Part shown: piece by piece, positions 28,228 to 38,300 of the stretch
How positions within the stretch are numbered: the first letter of the stretch is position 1
Layout of the letters: the number at the start of each line of letters is the position of its first letter
Source of the DNA: a virus
IMG/VR virus record: IMGVR_UViG_3300023181_000029
Coordinates: 1 to 64,000 of that record
Length of the DNA stretch: 64,000 bases
Reading direction: 5' to 3' (one strand)
Translations under genes and position numbers: made by a program
The notes under the pieces: model-generated
What the model was told of the DNA's origin: nothing
Database searches by the model: none
Seen by the model: only the letters and a program-made list of their open reading frames with translations

Positions 28228-31200
28228 TGGCTAAAGAACACCAATCAAGTAAAAATGAGTTCAAGGGTGGACTGGATTACGATAGCGACAAGCTAACTAT
28301 AAGTCCAGACAACTATACTTATGGGCTTAATATCCGCAATGGTGTAGCAGGTAAAGGAAAATTCGGAAGAATAACCAATGTCAAGGGTAATGCTAAGGTT
28401 AATTACTTATTGCCGGGCGGTATAAATAAATGTATCGGCTCGTATGAATACACCCCTACTGACCAAGTATTTTACTTCGTTTACAATTCTAATGCAAATC
28501 ACACGATATTAAGATACGATGGTGCTTCTATAATTGAGGTAATGCGTTTTGATTTTGGCTGGACGGAAGACCAAAAGATAACCCATATTGATTTAGTTGA
28601 TGGCAAGCTATTGTATTGGGTAGACCCCAAACCGCGTAAAATAAACATCGAGAAAGCCATCAATGTCGGCAAGAAGAAAAAGTGGAATTGGTACCTAATA
28701 GGCGACATAGTTAGATTACAAATAACCGACGAACAAGGTACAGTTTCTGATTTGGATTTTAATGTACCGGCGACTACATTAGAATCCATAGTAGATACCT
28801 TAAATTTTATTCCGGTATTTAACCGTGGACTTGCCGCAACTCTATGTAGCGGCAAAGTAGAAATCGAGCAACTGACCGCTGACAACGGGTACAATATAGA
28901 GGGGCAGTTAGAGTCTATTGTTGTTGCCCAGAACTTTTACTCAGAGATATTTGAAGAAACTGTTTATCGCGGCAAGTACCCGTTTCCATGTTTTCCCAAC
29001 GTAGCGTTACGAAGAAACAACGATGTTACCTATAATTATATTGAGCAGCGAATATTCCAATTCAGAACCTCTATAGTTTATGACGATTATGACTACTCTG
29101 TAATGAGTGCCATATCTGATATAACCGTTGATAGCTGCAAAACAGGACACAATTATATTGAGGTCGATTTCACAATAGGTAAACTTAACGACCCGGCTCA
29201 ATTAGAAATAGTGCGCGCAGTCAAATTATATGTTCGCGAAATAGCCGACATGGACACTACCTATGCTAATGCACCGTGGAAACTTGTTAAAGAAATAACC
29301 CAAGGCGAATTATGGGACTATTCAAATCAATTAGGTACAAATACTTTTGACTTCTATAACGATTCCACTTACACCGTTATAGATGAAGCGTACTCCACTA
29401 AACAGTATGATGCACTCGGTATAGAAATTCAATGCTCTGAATTTACCGACAATAGGTTAGTTGACGCTAATTTTACAGAAAACTATGAGCAACCGTGTAA
29501 TAACGATACTATTGACGTAGAGTTTCTCCCGAAAGAAAACCCGAATCGCTTTAATATAGAGGGCGTAATAAGAGTAGCAAGCGCGGCTCAATTTAGGGGG
29601 CCAGTAATATCGAATAGTGGTCGCATAGGGGCTATATACAGGACTGGTGAAAACCTATTTAATGAGGTTGATATTCCGGTTTTTGGCGGCGCTGATTCGC
29701 ATAACATACTTGAATGGACTGGCGCTGGCGCTTATCAATATTTACCAGAGGGCGGATGGCCTATATATGTAGCCGGAACTGACTTGCTTACTATTAGTAA
29801 ACAGAGAAAAATAACCAATCTCTCATACCTGCCTAACGGAGTTATTGACGCTACGGCCGCTGGCTCTCAGGATGAATTAAAGGGGTGGTATAGCGATTAC
29901 GAGGATGGCATTCAGACTGGCAATATGCTTTCTGACTTTAAATTAGAAGGAGTGCCGTCTGGTCGATATGTTATACGGCTTGGTTCTCACAATTGTTCTT
30001 TTGGCGACAAGCTAGGATTTGGGCGGTTATACGACCTCAATAACAATTTAGGGTACCAAAGAACCAGTACACATGTTTACGGCATTTTCGACCCTGATAA
30101 CAATTACAACCAGATAGGCGATACCGAAATGGTAATCCAAATAGCCGACAATGGTGATTACGAGTTAAGCTCTCCGGGGTATGGTGCTATAAGAACAGGC
30201 AATATTCCTTCTGGCGGCTCTGTGTTTATCGGCGACTATATAGTTATGGATTTAACGGAGCCTGCAAATTATTACGATTCAGCGGATGACGATAAGCAAA
30301 ACTATATCACTGGGTACTTGTATGATGGCGGCGGCGTAGGAACCTTACAGGAAGTGGCGGCAGGCACACCAATAGAGCGACAAGTAATTCAGTTGGATGC
30401 CGGAACCAATCAGGCAAGCGAGGGCGTAATACAGCCGCTAAGACGGCTAATAACAGACCATAACGGGTTCTTCTTCTTTGGTACTTTTTATGGCGGTAAG
30501 AAAACGTCTGATTCTAATTTGTTTTCTTATATCCAGTTACGGGCTTATGGGGCGTCACAAATCAATATCAAAACGGCACTTGACGGGCATATCGTTGGTA
30601 ACCTTGACCAATTATTTAATCTAACCGCCGTTCCTGATAATAGTGGCTTTATAGAGGTTCAAGATAAAATTCACACCTCTTCTGTAATATATAACGCAAA
30701 CCAAAGTTTTTATAACCAACAAAGAACCGTTGTCCAAGGGACTATTATTGACAACACGGGTAACGGTGTAGATGGTGTTTCTGTCGTGTTAACCAGAACG
30801 TCGCGCTCACAGGATACAGACATGAATGGCGACTATTCTATAGTGGCTTACTCTCAGGCTTATTCCCCTAATGCCGGCGGGTATTTATTCGGTGAGCCTC
30901 AATTTTCACCTAATAACACTGGCGGTAATTTTCCCGGCCCCGGTATTCCTGTTCCTGCAATAGATGGTATATTTAAAAGGACTTTGGATTACCTGATATT
31001 TAATACAGGCATTGATTGTCCAGTAGTTTATACTAACGGCGATAATTACTTTGTTTACGAGGTTGATATTACATACCCACTTTATAACAATACTACGCCG
31101 TACCCTATTTCCGATATAGTGTTCAACCGCCCTGTTTCTTATTTAAAGAAATATTTAAAGAGTGGCGGAAGCTATTCTTTCGCAGAGTTATGGGTGGACG

Positions 31201-33080
31201 ACATGAATAGGCGTTGTTCAATCAGCACCAAGACTGACTTTGACAAATATATCCCATTTATTACTGAGGACGTAAATAAATACTACCCGAATATACCGTC
31301 GCAGCAGGCAGAAGGGTCGTTTAAATTAACGCTTAACCTTAACGGCTCGCCGCCTGATTGGGCAGTAAAGCTATATATTCTAAGAACCAAGAACGCCAAC
31401 TATAATGCGTATCTGCAATTTCCAGTTACGCAAATAAAGTATGCCTACGGATACGATTCAGATGATGATTCTATATTCGAAACTACTTATCAGAACAGGG
31501 ATGCGAACCTAATATTTATTGATTTACTGGGTGCGCTTAAGAATTACAAAGAGTATAACGCGGGTTCTAATAAGAATTGGGTATTTGAGGAAGGCGACAG
31601 AATTCGATTCATAAGAACCTCTGATGGGCAATTGTTTGACAGGCTTATTGATTTGCCTATACGCCAGCAAGTAGGCGATTACTATGTCATAGAGGCCGTA
31701 GATGACTTGCCGGAGTTAAAGCCGGGCACCCTAATAGAAATATTCAACCCTAAACTAAAGACGGATACCGATTTATTCTTTGAAATACCTATTTGCGTAG
31801 ACATAGTAAATGGTCAATACGCCGTAAATTCAGTTGAATTAATTACTGGCGACACCTACCGCAGAGGACGGAGCGTTACAGTTGATGGCGTTGGTGGTAT
31901 AAGAAGCGCTATAGAAGACGCTGCGCTATCAGATTTTTATGCATCTACTGTGCAGGATATAGGGCGCATCAACTTTGAAGACGATTCATTTGGCAGGTTA
32001 AATAGAACACAAGCATTACGTTACTCGAATCAATACGTATCCGATACTAAGATTAATGGATTATCTTCATTTGAAGGCGCAAACGTTATTCAGTTAGAGT
32101 ATCAATACGGCGCGATAAATTTCTTAACTAACACTTCTGATAATAATTATCGAGAGGTTCTGTTAGCTATTTGCTCAAACAGGGTAGCTAGTATTTATGT
32201 TGGTGAGGTATTGTATTCTGATGTGCAAGGTGACGCCTTTATCGCTACTTCTGATAAAGTACTAGGTACTAATAGGATGATGCTAGGGGAGTATGGCACA
32301 GTAAATCCAGAATCAGTAGTAGTGCTAGATGGCAACGTTTGGTTTTGGGACGGGATAAGAGGCAGATTTATAAAATACTCAGTAAACGGGCTTAATCCTA
32401 TTTCCGATTACTTCATGGCTTCATACGCACAGGAAAAGTTACGTCAATACACAGGGCTTAATTATAAAGTAGACGGCGTATATGATAGGTATTATCGTGA
32501 TGTGATTTGGACATTCTCAGCAACAGAAGAAATACCGGCAGAAACCTTAGCGTTCAACGAGATTAAAAACCTATGGACTTCATTCTTTTCATTTACGCCG
32601 GAAGAATATTCTACTTTGAACGACAAAGTGATTTCATTCCTGAATGGAGAATTATGGGTGCATGATACCAATGAAACGCGCGATAACTTTTACGGTATAC
32701 AATACACTTCACAGGTTAAATTCGTGCATAATCTTAACCCGTACCAATTGAAATTATTCTACTCATTCAGAGAGAATGCGAATAAGAAATGGTACCTACC
32801 TGACATTACCACTATACCAAATAGTTCGTATCCGGTGGGCATGAAGTCGAGGGTTAAAAAGAACAACATAGGGTTGTATGAAGGTGACTTCTGGGCTGAA
32901 TTTTTACGCGATATGAACGACCCTGCATTCTACAATCAGCCACAAGTAAATGCTTTACTAAGAGGCAGGATGTTGCGAGGCGGGATGCTAGAAATACTAT
33001 TGGAGAACGACGACACTACTGATGCTGATTTGAAATACTTTGAGGTCTACAGTTATCCATCAGACCAAACTAATCCGTAA
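28227..33080 (+). CDS. Tail nozzle/stabilisation protein (beta-propeller) with large insertion
   Basis: FKGGLDYDSD N-terminus; YSNQY..KINGLSSF, GEYG..NPES, WTSFFSF..PE C-terminal motifs. Confidence 0.75.
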   Translation: MAKEHQSSKNEFKGGLDYDSDKLTISPDNYTYGLNIRNGVAGKGKFGRITNVKGNAKVNYLLPGGINKCIGSYEYTPTDQVFYFVYNSNANHTILRYDGASIIEVMRFDFGWTEDQKITHIDLVDGKLLYWVDPKPRKINIEKAINVGKKKKWNWYLIGDIVRLQITDEQGTVSDLDFNVPATTLESIVDTLNFIPVFNRGLAATLCSGKVEIEQLTADNGYNIEGQLESIVVAQNFYSEIFEETVYRGKYPFPCFPNVALRRNNDVTYNYIEQRIFQFRTSIVYDDYDYSVMSAISDITVDSCKTGHNYIEVDFTIGKLNDPAQLEIVRAVKLYVREIADMDTTYANAPWKLVKEITQGELWDYSNQLGTNTFDFYNDSTYTVIDEAYSTKQYDALGIEIQCSEFTDNRLVDANFTENYEQPCNNDTIDVEFLPKENPNRFNIEGVIRVASAAQFRGPVISNSGRIGAIYRTGENLFNEVDIPVFGGADSHNILEWTGAGAYQYLPEGGWPIYVAGTDLLTISKQRKITNLSYLPNGVIDATAAGSQDELKGWYSDYEDGIQTGNMLSDFKLEGVPSGRYVIRLGSHNCSFGDKLGFGRLYDLNNNLGYQRTSTHVYGIFDPDNNYNQIGDTEMVIQIADNGDYELSSPGYGAIRTGNIPSGGSVFIGDYIVMDLTEPANYYDSADDDKQNYITGYLYDGGGVGTLQEVAAGTPIERQVIQLDAGTNQASEGVIQPLRRLITDHNGFFFFGTFYGGKKTSDSNLFSYIQLRAYGASQINIKTALDGHIVGNLDQLFNLTAVPDNSGFIEVQDKIHTSSVIYNANQSFYNQQRTVVQGTIIDNTGNGVDGVSVVLTRTSRSQDTDMNGDYSIVAYSQAYSPNAGGYLFGEPQFSPNNTGGNFPGPGIPVPAIDGIFKRTLDYLIFNTGIDCPVVYTNGDNYFVYEVDITYPLYNNTTPYPISDIVFNRPVSYLKKYLKSGGSYSFAELWVDDMNRRCSISTKTDFDKYIPFITEDVNKYYPNIPSQQAEGSFKLTLNLNGSPPDWAVKLYILRTKNANYNAYLQFPVTQIKYAYGYDSDDDSIFETTYQNRDANLIFIDLLGALKNYKEYNAGSNKNWVFEEGDRIRFIRTSDGQLFDRLIDLPIRQQVGDYYVIEAVDDLPELKPGTLIEIFNPKLKTDTDLFFEIPICVDIVNGQYAVNSVELITGDTYRRGRSVTVDGVGGIRSAIEDAALSDFYASTVQDIGRINFEDDSFGRLNRTQALRYSNQYVSDTKINGLSSFEGANVIQLEYQYGAINFLTNTSDNNYREVLLAICSNRVASIYVGEVLYSDVQGDAFIATSDKVLGTNRMMLGEYGTVNPESVVVLDGNVWFWDGIRGRFIKYSVNGLNPISDYFMASYAQEKLRQYTGLNYKVDGVYDRYYRDVIWTFSATEEIPAETLAFNEIKNLWTSFFSFTPEEYSTLNDKVISFLNGELWVHDTNETRDNFYGIQYTSQVKFVHNLNPYQLKLFYSFRENANKKWYLPDITTIPNSSYPVGMKSRVKKNNIGLYEGDFWAEFLRDMNDPAFYNQPQVNALLRGRMLRGGMLEILLENDDTTDADLKYFEVYSYPSDQTNP

Positions 33081-33100
33081 AATAACTATATTTACAGTGT

Positions 33101-33910
33101 ATGATTCCTATCATGGCAATAATGGGCGCTGCTCAAGGCGCAATGCAACTTATACAGGGCGTTAAGCAAGGTAACCAAGCTGATGCTTTAAAAGCAGGCA
33201 ATAAGCGTCCTGTAATGGGTATTCCTAAAGGCATAAAGCAGGCGGAGAACATCTACCAGAATAACGCCTATGGTACAAGATTGCCGGGTCAAGGCTATTT
33301 AGAGAATCAGCTACAGCAATCTACCGCTAACGGAATGAGGGCTATAAGTGAAACAGCACAAGACCCTGCGTCTAAACTGGCGGCAATATCCTCACTATAC
33401 GGCAATCAAATGGCGGCTCAGGATAAAATAGGTTTTGAGGCAGCAAATAACTACTATGGTAATCAACAGAACCTTGCTCAGTTTCTAGGCGGCACAAAGG
33501 CTAATGCTGAAAGAGAGGTGTTTGATTACAACGCGATAAAGCCTTACGAAGAAACAGCAGCAGCAGCAAGCGCATTGGAAGGTGCAAGTCTACAGAATAA
33601 ATACAAGGGAACGTCGGGACTACTGGGTTCTATAGGGGGTGTAGCGGGATTAGGTATTAATAACGCAGTAGATAAAAATGTTTACGGCGCGATGTATAGG
33701 AAGCAAAACCCTAACGCTACTCAGCAAGACATTAATCAGGCATTCATGTCAAGCAAAAGATATGGCACTAACACCCTAAGTTCACAGAGAGCAAGCGGTG
33801 GTGGCGACAGGTCAATATACGATAAGTATTTTGGTAAGAAAGACGACGGATTTAGCTTTGAGGACATGTACAATACAAATTATCAATCCGCAACCCCATA
33901 CATACGCTAA
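33101..33910 (+). CDS. Ejection/pilot protein 1
   Basis: Gly/Ala/Gln-rich with hydrophobic N-terminus; follows nozzle. Confidence 0.6.
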   Translation: MIPIMAIMGAAQGAMQLIQGVKQGNQADALKAGNKRPVMGIPKGIKQAENIYQNNAYGTRLPGQGYLENQLQQSTANGMRAISETAQDPASKLAAISSLYGNQMAAQDKIGFEAANNYYGNQQNLAQFLGGTKANAEREVFDYNAIKPYEETAAAASALEGASLQNKYKGTSGLLGSIGGVAGLGINNAVDKNVYGAMYRKQNPNATQQDINQAFMSSKRYGTNTLSSQRASGGGDRSIYDKYFGKKDDGFSFEDMYNTNYQSATPYIR

Positions 33911-35346
33911 TGGCAGACGGAAAAGAAATAGTGTATAGAGGGCTTGAGGGCACAGGCGCAGCTCAGATATACGACAACAACCTTGTCGATAGAGGGCTTG
34001 ACGAAATCGCTAAGGAAGATGCGCGTAATAATGCGTGGCGACAGAAAGTAGGTCAGGAAATGAAACCTAAGCCCGTAGGTAAACTACCTAATTATAAGAT
34101 AGATTACACAGCCAAAGACCAGCAATTCCTGCTTGGTGTAGACAATGATATTAAAACCCATCTGGCTAAAAACATCAATCTTGTTACTGACCCGAACAAT
34201 CAGGAATATTGGGATGGGCAGAAGCTAATGCAACTAGGCATATCATATGGAGCCAAAGCAAAGGAAAATGAAGCCACGTATAATGCAATGGTCAATGATG
34301 TAAGCGCTAATCCAACTAAATTTAAAGACGGCGCAATCGACGAACTTAATGCGTGGTATGATGTGCCGCTTGACCAACGTCCGGCTAAACCACCTGTATT
34401 GTATAAGGGTGCTACATACGACCCTATAGAGTTCTCAAAAAAGATGAATACCATTATCACTAACCCTGATGTGGTAGATTCTTATGGGATGGATAATAAC
34501 CTAGGGGCAATAGTTACCAATAAATCCACCGAATATTCATTGCCACGAAAGATAGCATACGGCGCAATAGCGGGAAAGGATAAAATGTTCCGCGATACTT
34601 ACGAGCCTATCTATGAGGCGCTGCCGGACGATAAAAAACAATCGCTTCAAAAGAAAGCTGATGAAGCTAATAAAAAGGCAGGCGTAGATACATTTACGCC
34701 GTTTGACGTGTTCGCTGCTCAACAAACAGAAGTTGCGTCACAATTCAATAAGACACAGGATAAGGGTGTCCAATTCCTGCCTAAAGATATGCGAGGCGGC
34801 GGTTCTGGTAACAAGGAAGCAGCACAAACTTTTGCTATGAGGGTTAAGCAGATGATGACTGGTTCGCCTGAAATGTACGGGCAGATGGGTACCCCAAGCG
34901 TGGTATCTCCTACTTTAATGGGCGGTGCGCCTACTGTTACTGAAAGAGGAGAAACCCTTGAGTTCCTTAATGGTATGACCATAGGCGAAAAAGCTGATAG
35001 TGAAGGTAAGATTGTCAAAGAGGTCATTACTAAAATTGAGTACAAGAATGGGAAGCCTTATGTTTATACTAACAGGGACACAGACGGCAAGCCAATATCA
35101 AACCCGCTTGACCTATTACAGAACCTACGAGTTAAAAACAGCGGCTCAAAGGATATGATAGATGAAACTATTAAAATCCTGAAAGAAGACGGCTCACTGG
35201 ATAGTAATGATACATGGAATAGCGGCGATACAAAATCAGTTCCTAAATCAACTATCAAGAACCTAGTCGGCAAGAAAGGCTACGAAGGGTACACTGAACA
35301 AGAATTAATCGAATATTACAAGTCACAAGGATATAACGTAGAATAA
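33910..35346 (+). CDS. Ejection protein 2
   Basis: Position and size. Confidence 0.5.
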   Translation: MADGKEIVYRGLEGTGAAQIYDNNLVDRGLDEIAKEDARNNAWRQKVGQEMKPKPVGKLPNYKIDYTAKDQQFLLGVDNDIKTHLAKNINLVTDPNNQEYWDGQKLMQLGISYGAKAKENEATYNAMVNDVSANPTKFKDGAIDELNAWYDVPLDQRPAKPPVLYKGATYDPIEFSKKMNTIITNPDVVDSYGMDNNLGAIVTNKSTEYSLPRKIAYGAIAGKDKMFRDTYEPIYEALPDDKKQSLQKKADEANKKAGVDTFTPFDVFAAQQTEVASQFNKTQDKGVQFLPKDMRGGGSGNKEAAQTFAMRVKQMMTGSPEMYGQMGTPSVVSPTLMGGAPTVTERGETLEFLNGMTIGEKADSEGKIVKEVITKIEYKNGKPYVYTNRDTDGKPISNPLDLLQNLRVKNSGSKDMIDETIKILKEDGSLDSNDTWNSGDTKSVPKSTIKNLVGKKGYEGYTEQELIEYYKSQGYNVE

Positions 35347-38300
35347 TGCTGCCACCTCCACCGCCTAAGAGAAGTACTAATAACGGAGATAGCGGAATTT
35401 TACCGCCGCCTCCAAAAAAAAAAGATGTCTCCGATGGTATAGAACCTCAGACGGATGGCAGCTCATTATCTGGAACTGGTCAATCACTTTCGCCAGAATA
35501 TAATAGCGATTTAGCAAATCAAGGTTATCAGTGGGGTGGCGAACCAACGACCACTGTGGGCGTAGTAAGCCCAACAATAGGCAATCAGGCAGAAACTCAA
35601 CAAGCGGTAAATCCTAGTACTGCAAAAGAAATAGAAAACGTTGTTTATCCTGAATATTCTGGCACTCCAAAGACCGATAGCCCAACGTATGTGTGGGGGG
35701 ATAGAGAATTAACCCGCGACCAGTTTACGGCCAATATCTCTGACGAAAAAACCATGCAGGATATTTTGCAAGGCAAGCAGGATTTCCAGATACACAACGA
35801 CCCTAAATTACAAGAATACCTAGCCAAAGCAAAAGACAAGTACGATTCAGACTTGAACTACATGCAATGGAAAGAAAAAGAGTTAGGCATTCCAATAGCA
35901 GTATCGCAAGCTGAGAATGCTTTTGTAAAAAGAGCGTCAGAAGTAGTTAGCGGTGCGTTAAAATCTATTTCCATTGGTGGCAGAGAGGTTGATAAGATTT
36001 GGGACGGCGAAAAGCCTATCGAGGATTACACCATGTTTAAATTAGGCAAAAAGGTCGATGAAATAATAGACATTGGATTTCCTGAATTGCCTGAATATAA
36101 AGACGATGTATTAACGAACGTAGCCGGTATGGCTGGAACCATAACAGGACTAGCCGCTGGTGGTGCTGTTACCCGTTCTTACTCATTACCCGCGGGTATA
36201 TCTGAGAAAATAGCCGCCAATACTATTACAGCAGGGTTAATTCCTACCGAGATAAGCAGTGGCGCAATGATATTTGGTGGAACTACTGTTGCTGCCCCTG
36301 AATATGAAGCAGCGCTAGAGGCCACTGGCGACCCTGATAAAGCATTTAAGGTGTGGATGGCTAACATGGCTATCGGCGCTACTGAAACTGTGCCTATTAA
36401 TAACTTTCTAAAACGATTAAACGGCGTATCAGGCGGTAAATTCGCCAACATTTTAGCCGAAGGATTTAAAGGTTCGGCAGAAAGCGCAACTCAAGAGGTA
36501 TTTCAACAACTCGCCAGTAACCTTACCGCGCAACAAACCTATGATTTAACGCGCGAACTCACAGAAGGATTAGCTGAAAGTGCTATGTATGGTGGATTAA
36601 TGGGCGGTGTGTTTAGTGGAGCAGCAGTTGCTTTGCAATCTAAAGTAGACCAATTGCCACCAAGCCCTGAAAAAGAGCAACTACAAGCAGTAGTGCAGAC
36701 TTACGAAGAAAAAGCACAAGAAGCATCTACTAAAGATGTAACCGACATAAACGATTACGCTAATACGCCACAGGTTCAAGAATTATTGAAACAAAAGTCT
36801 GAGGTAGATGCTGATTTACAAAAACCAAATCCACCAGAAGTAAAAGCAACCCTAGAGCAACAATCAACACAAATTGACGCTCAATTAAAAGAAGCACAGG
36901 CGCAAGGACTAAAAGAGAATATTGAAACCGAAGCAGCGCATAAAGTAGCTGACAAAAAACAAATAGAGGTCGAACAGCTAGATACAGCCTTACAGAACGA
37001 AACGCTGTCAGAAGCCTCAAAACAGGCATTAATCGGCAAGAAAGAAGCATTAACGCAAGAAGTAGAACAAATACGCTCACAAATACCAGAAAGAACAGTA
37101 GTTGAAACAGAAACCATTAATACAAGTGACGGTACGGCAAGTGAAACTATCGGAGTTGCCGCCACCAATGAGCCGGCAGGAGATACAGAAGCAGCTAGAC
37201 AAGTTAAAGAAGTAAGTGCAGAAATTGCACCAACTGAACCAACAGTCAAAGAAAATGTGACAGTTGAGCCGATTACTTTTAAAACAGGTCGTGGCAGCGC
37301 ATATCAATTAATCAAAGGCGAAAATGGATACCAAACTATTCGCGATAAAGTAGTTGATGCGGCGCATCCTGACGGCGGCATTCAAGATAAATCCGAACGA
37401 ACTATTTTTATAGACCCTAAAGATATTGGCGCTGCTACAGAGTTAAGCGCTCAAGGCCACATAAGTTCCGAAGAAGTAGATGCAGGGGATAAGCTAATTA
37501 TAACCAGAACATTCGAGAATGGGCGCAAGAAGGTTATAGAAATCCCATATCACACTGAACCAACAGTAGGCGACCATCCACTCGAATTATGGAGTGACGC
37601 GAAACACTTAGGCAGCAAAATAACTGAGATAAATTCGCCTAATGCTACTTTAGAGCCTGAAAGTAAATTAACCGAACCCGTAAATGTAGTTTCGGATACC
37701 GAAAGCAACACCAATAACGTACAAACAACGGAAGTCACAGAAACCGAAGTAATACCCCCTGCAAAAGAATCTGATGTTCCAGAGGGTATGCGTCGCAGGA
37801 AATTAGCGGAACGTATTAAAGACAGCACTGAAATATCGCAGGATTTAAAGGACTCGCTAAAGCCTGATGCTGAATTTTACGTGCCAAAATCATTGAATGC
37901 AACTGACGCAGAAGTTAAAGCATTGGTTGATTTCTATGGCTTAGAGGCTGCTACTGAATCGGCATTAGACCCGCAATCCAAAATGACTGGCGATACGCGC
38001 TCTAGGTTAATGCAATATGGTATTAAAGAATTGGATAAGCAGGCCGCTAAAACCGAAGACCCTATAGAGAAAAACAGGCTGCAAGATAAAGCCAACAAAA
38101 TAGCTGACGCTTACACTAAGTTTGGAACCGAAGCCGGTCAAACCGTCAACTCATTCAAGGGATGGTCTATTAACTCGGGACGTGGCATAGTAAGGCAGTA
38201 TGAGAAGACTATTGAAAAAGCCAAACAAAAAGCAGAAGAAAAACTAGAGCCAGTAGTTAAAAAGGTTCGCAAGGCGGTTGATAGCGGGAATAAAAAAGCT

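Noticed and set aside
35414-35423. Phase-variable A10 tract
   Set aside because: In frame, encoding a Lys run, in a probably essential gene; no evidence of variation
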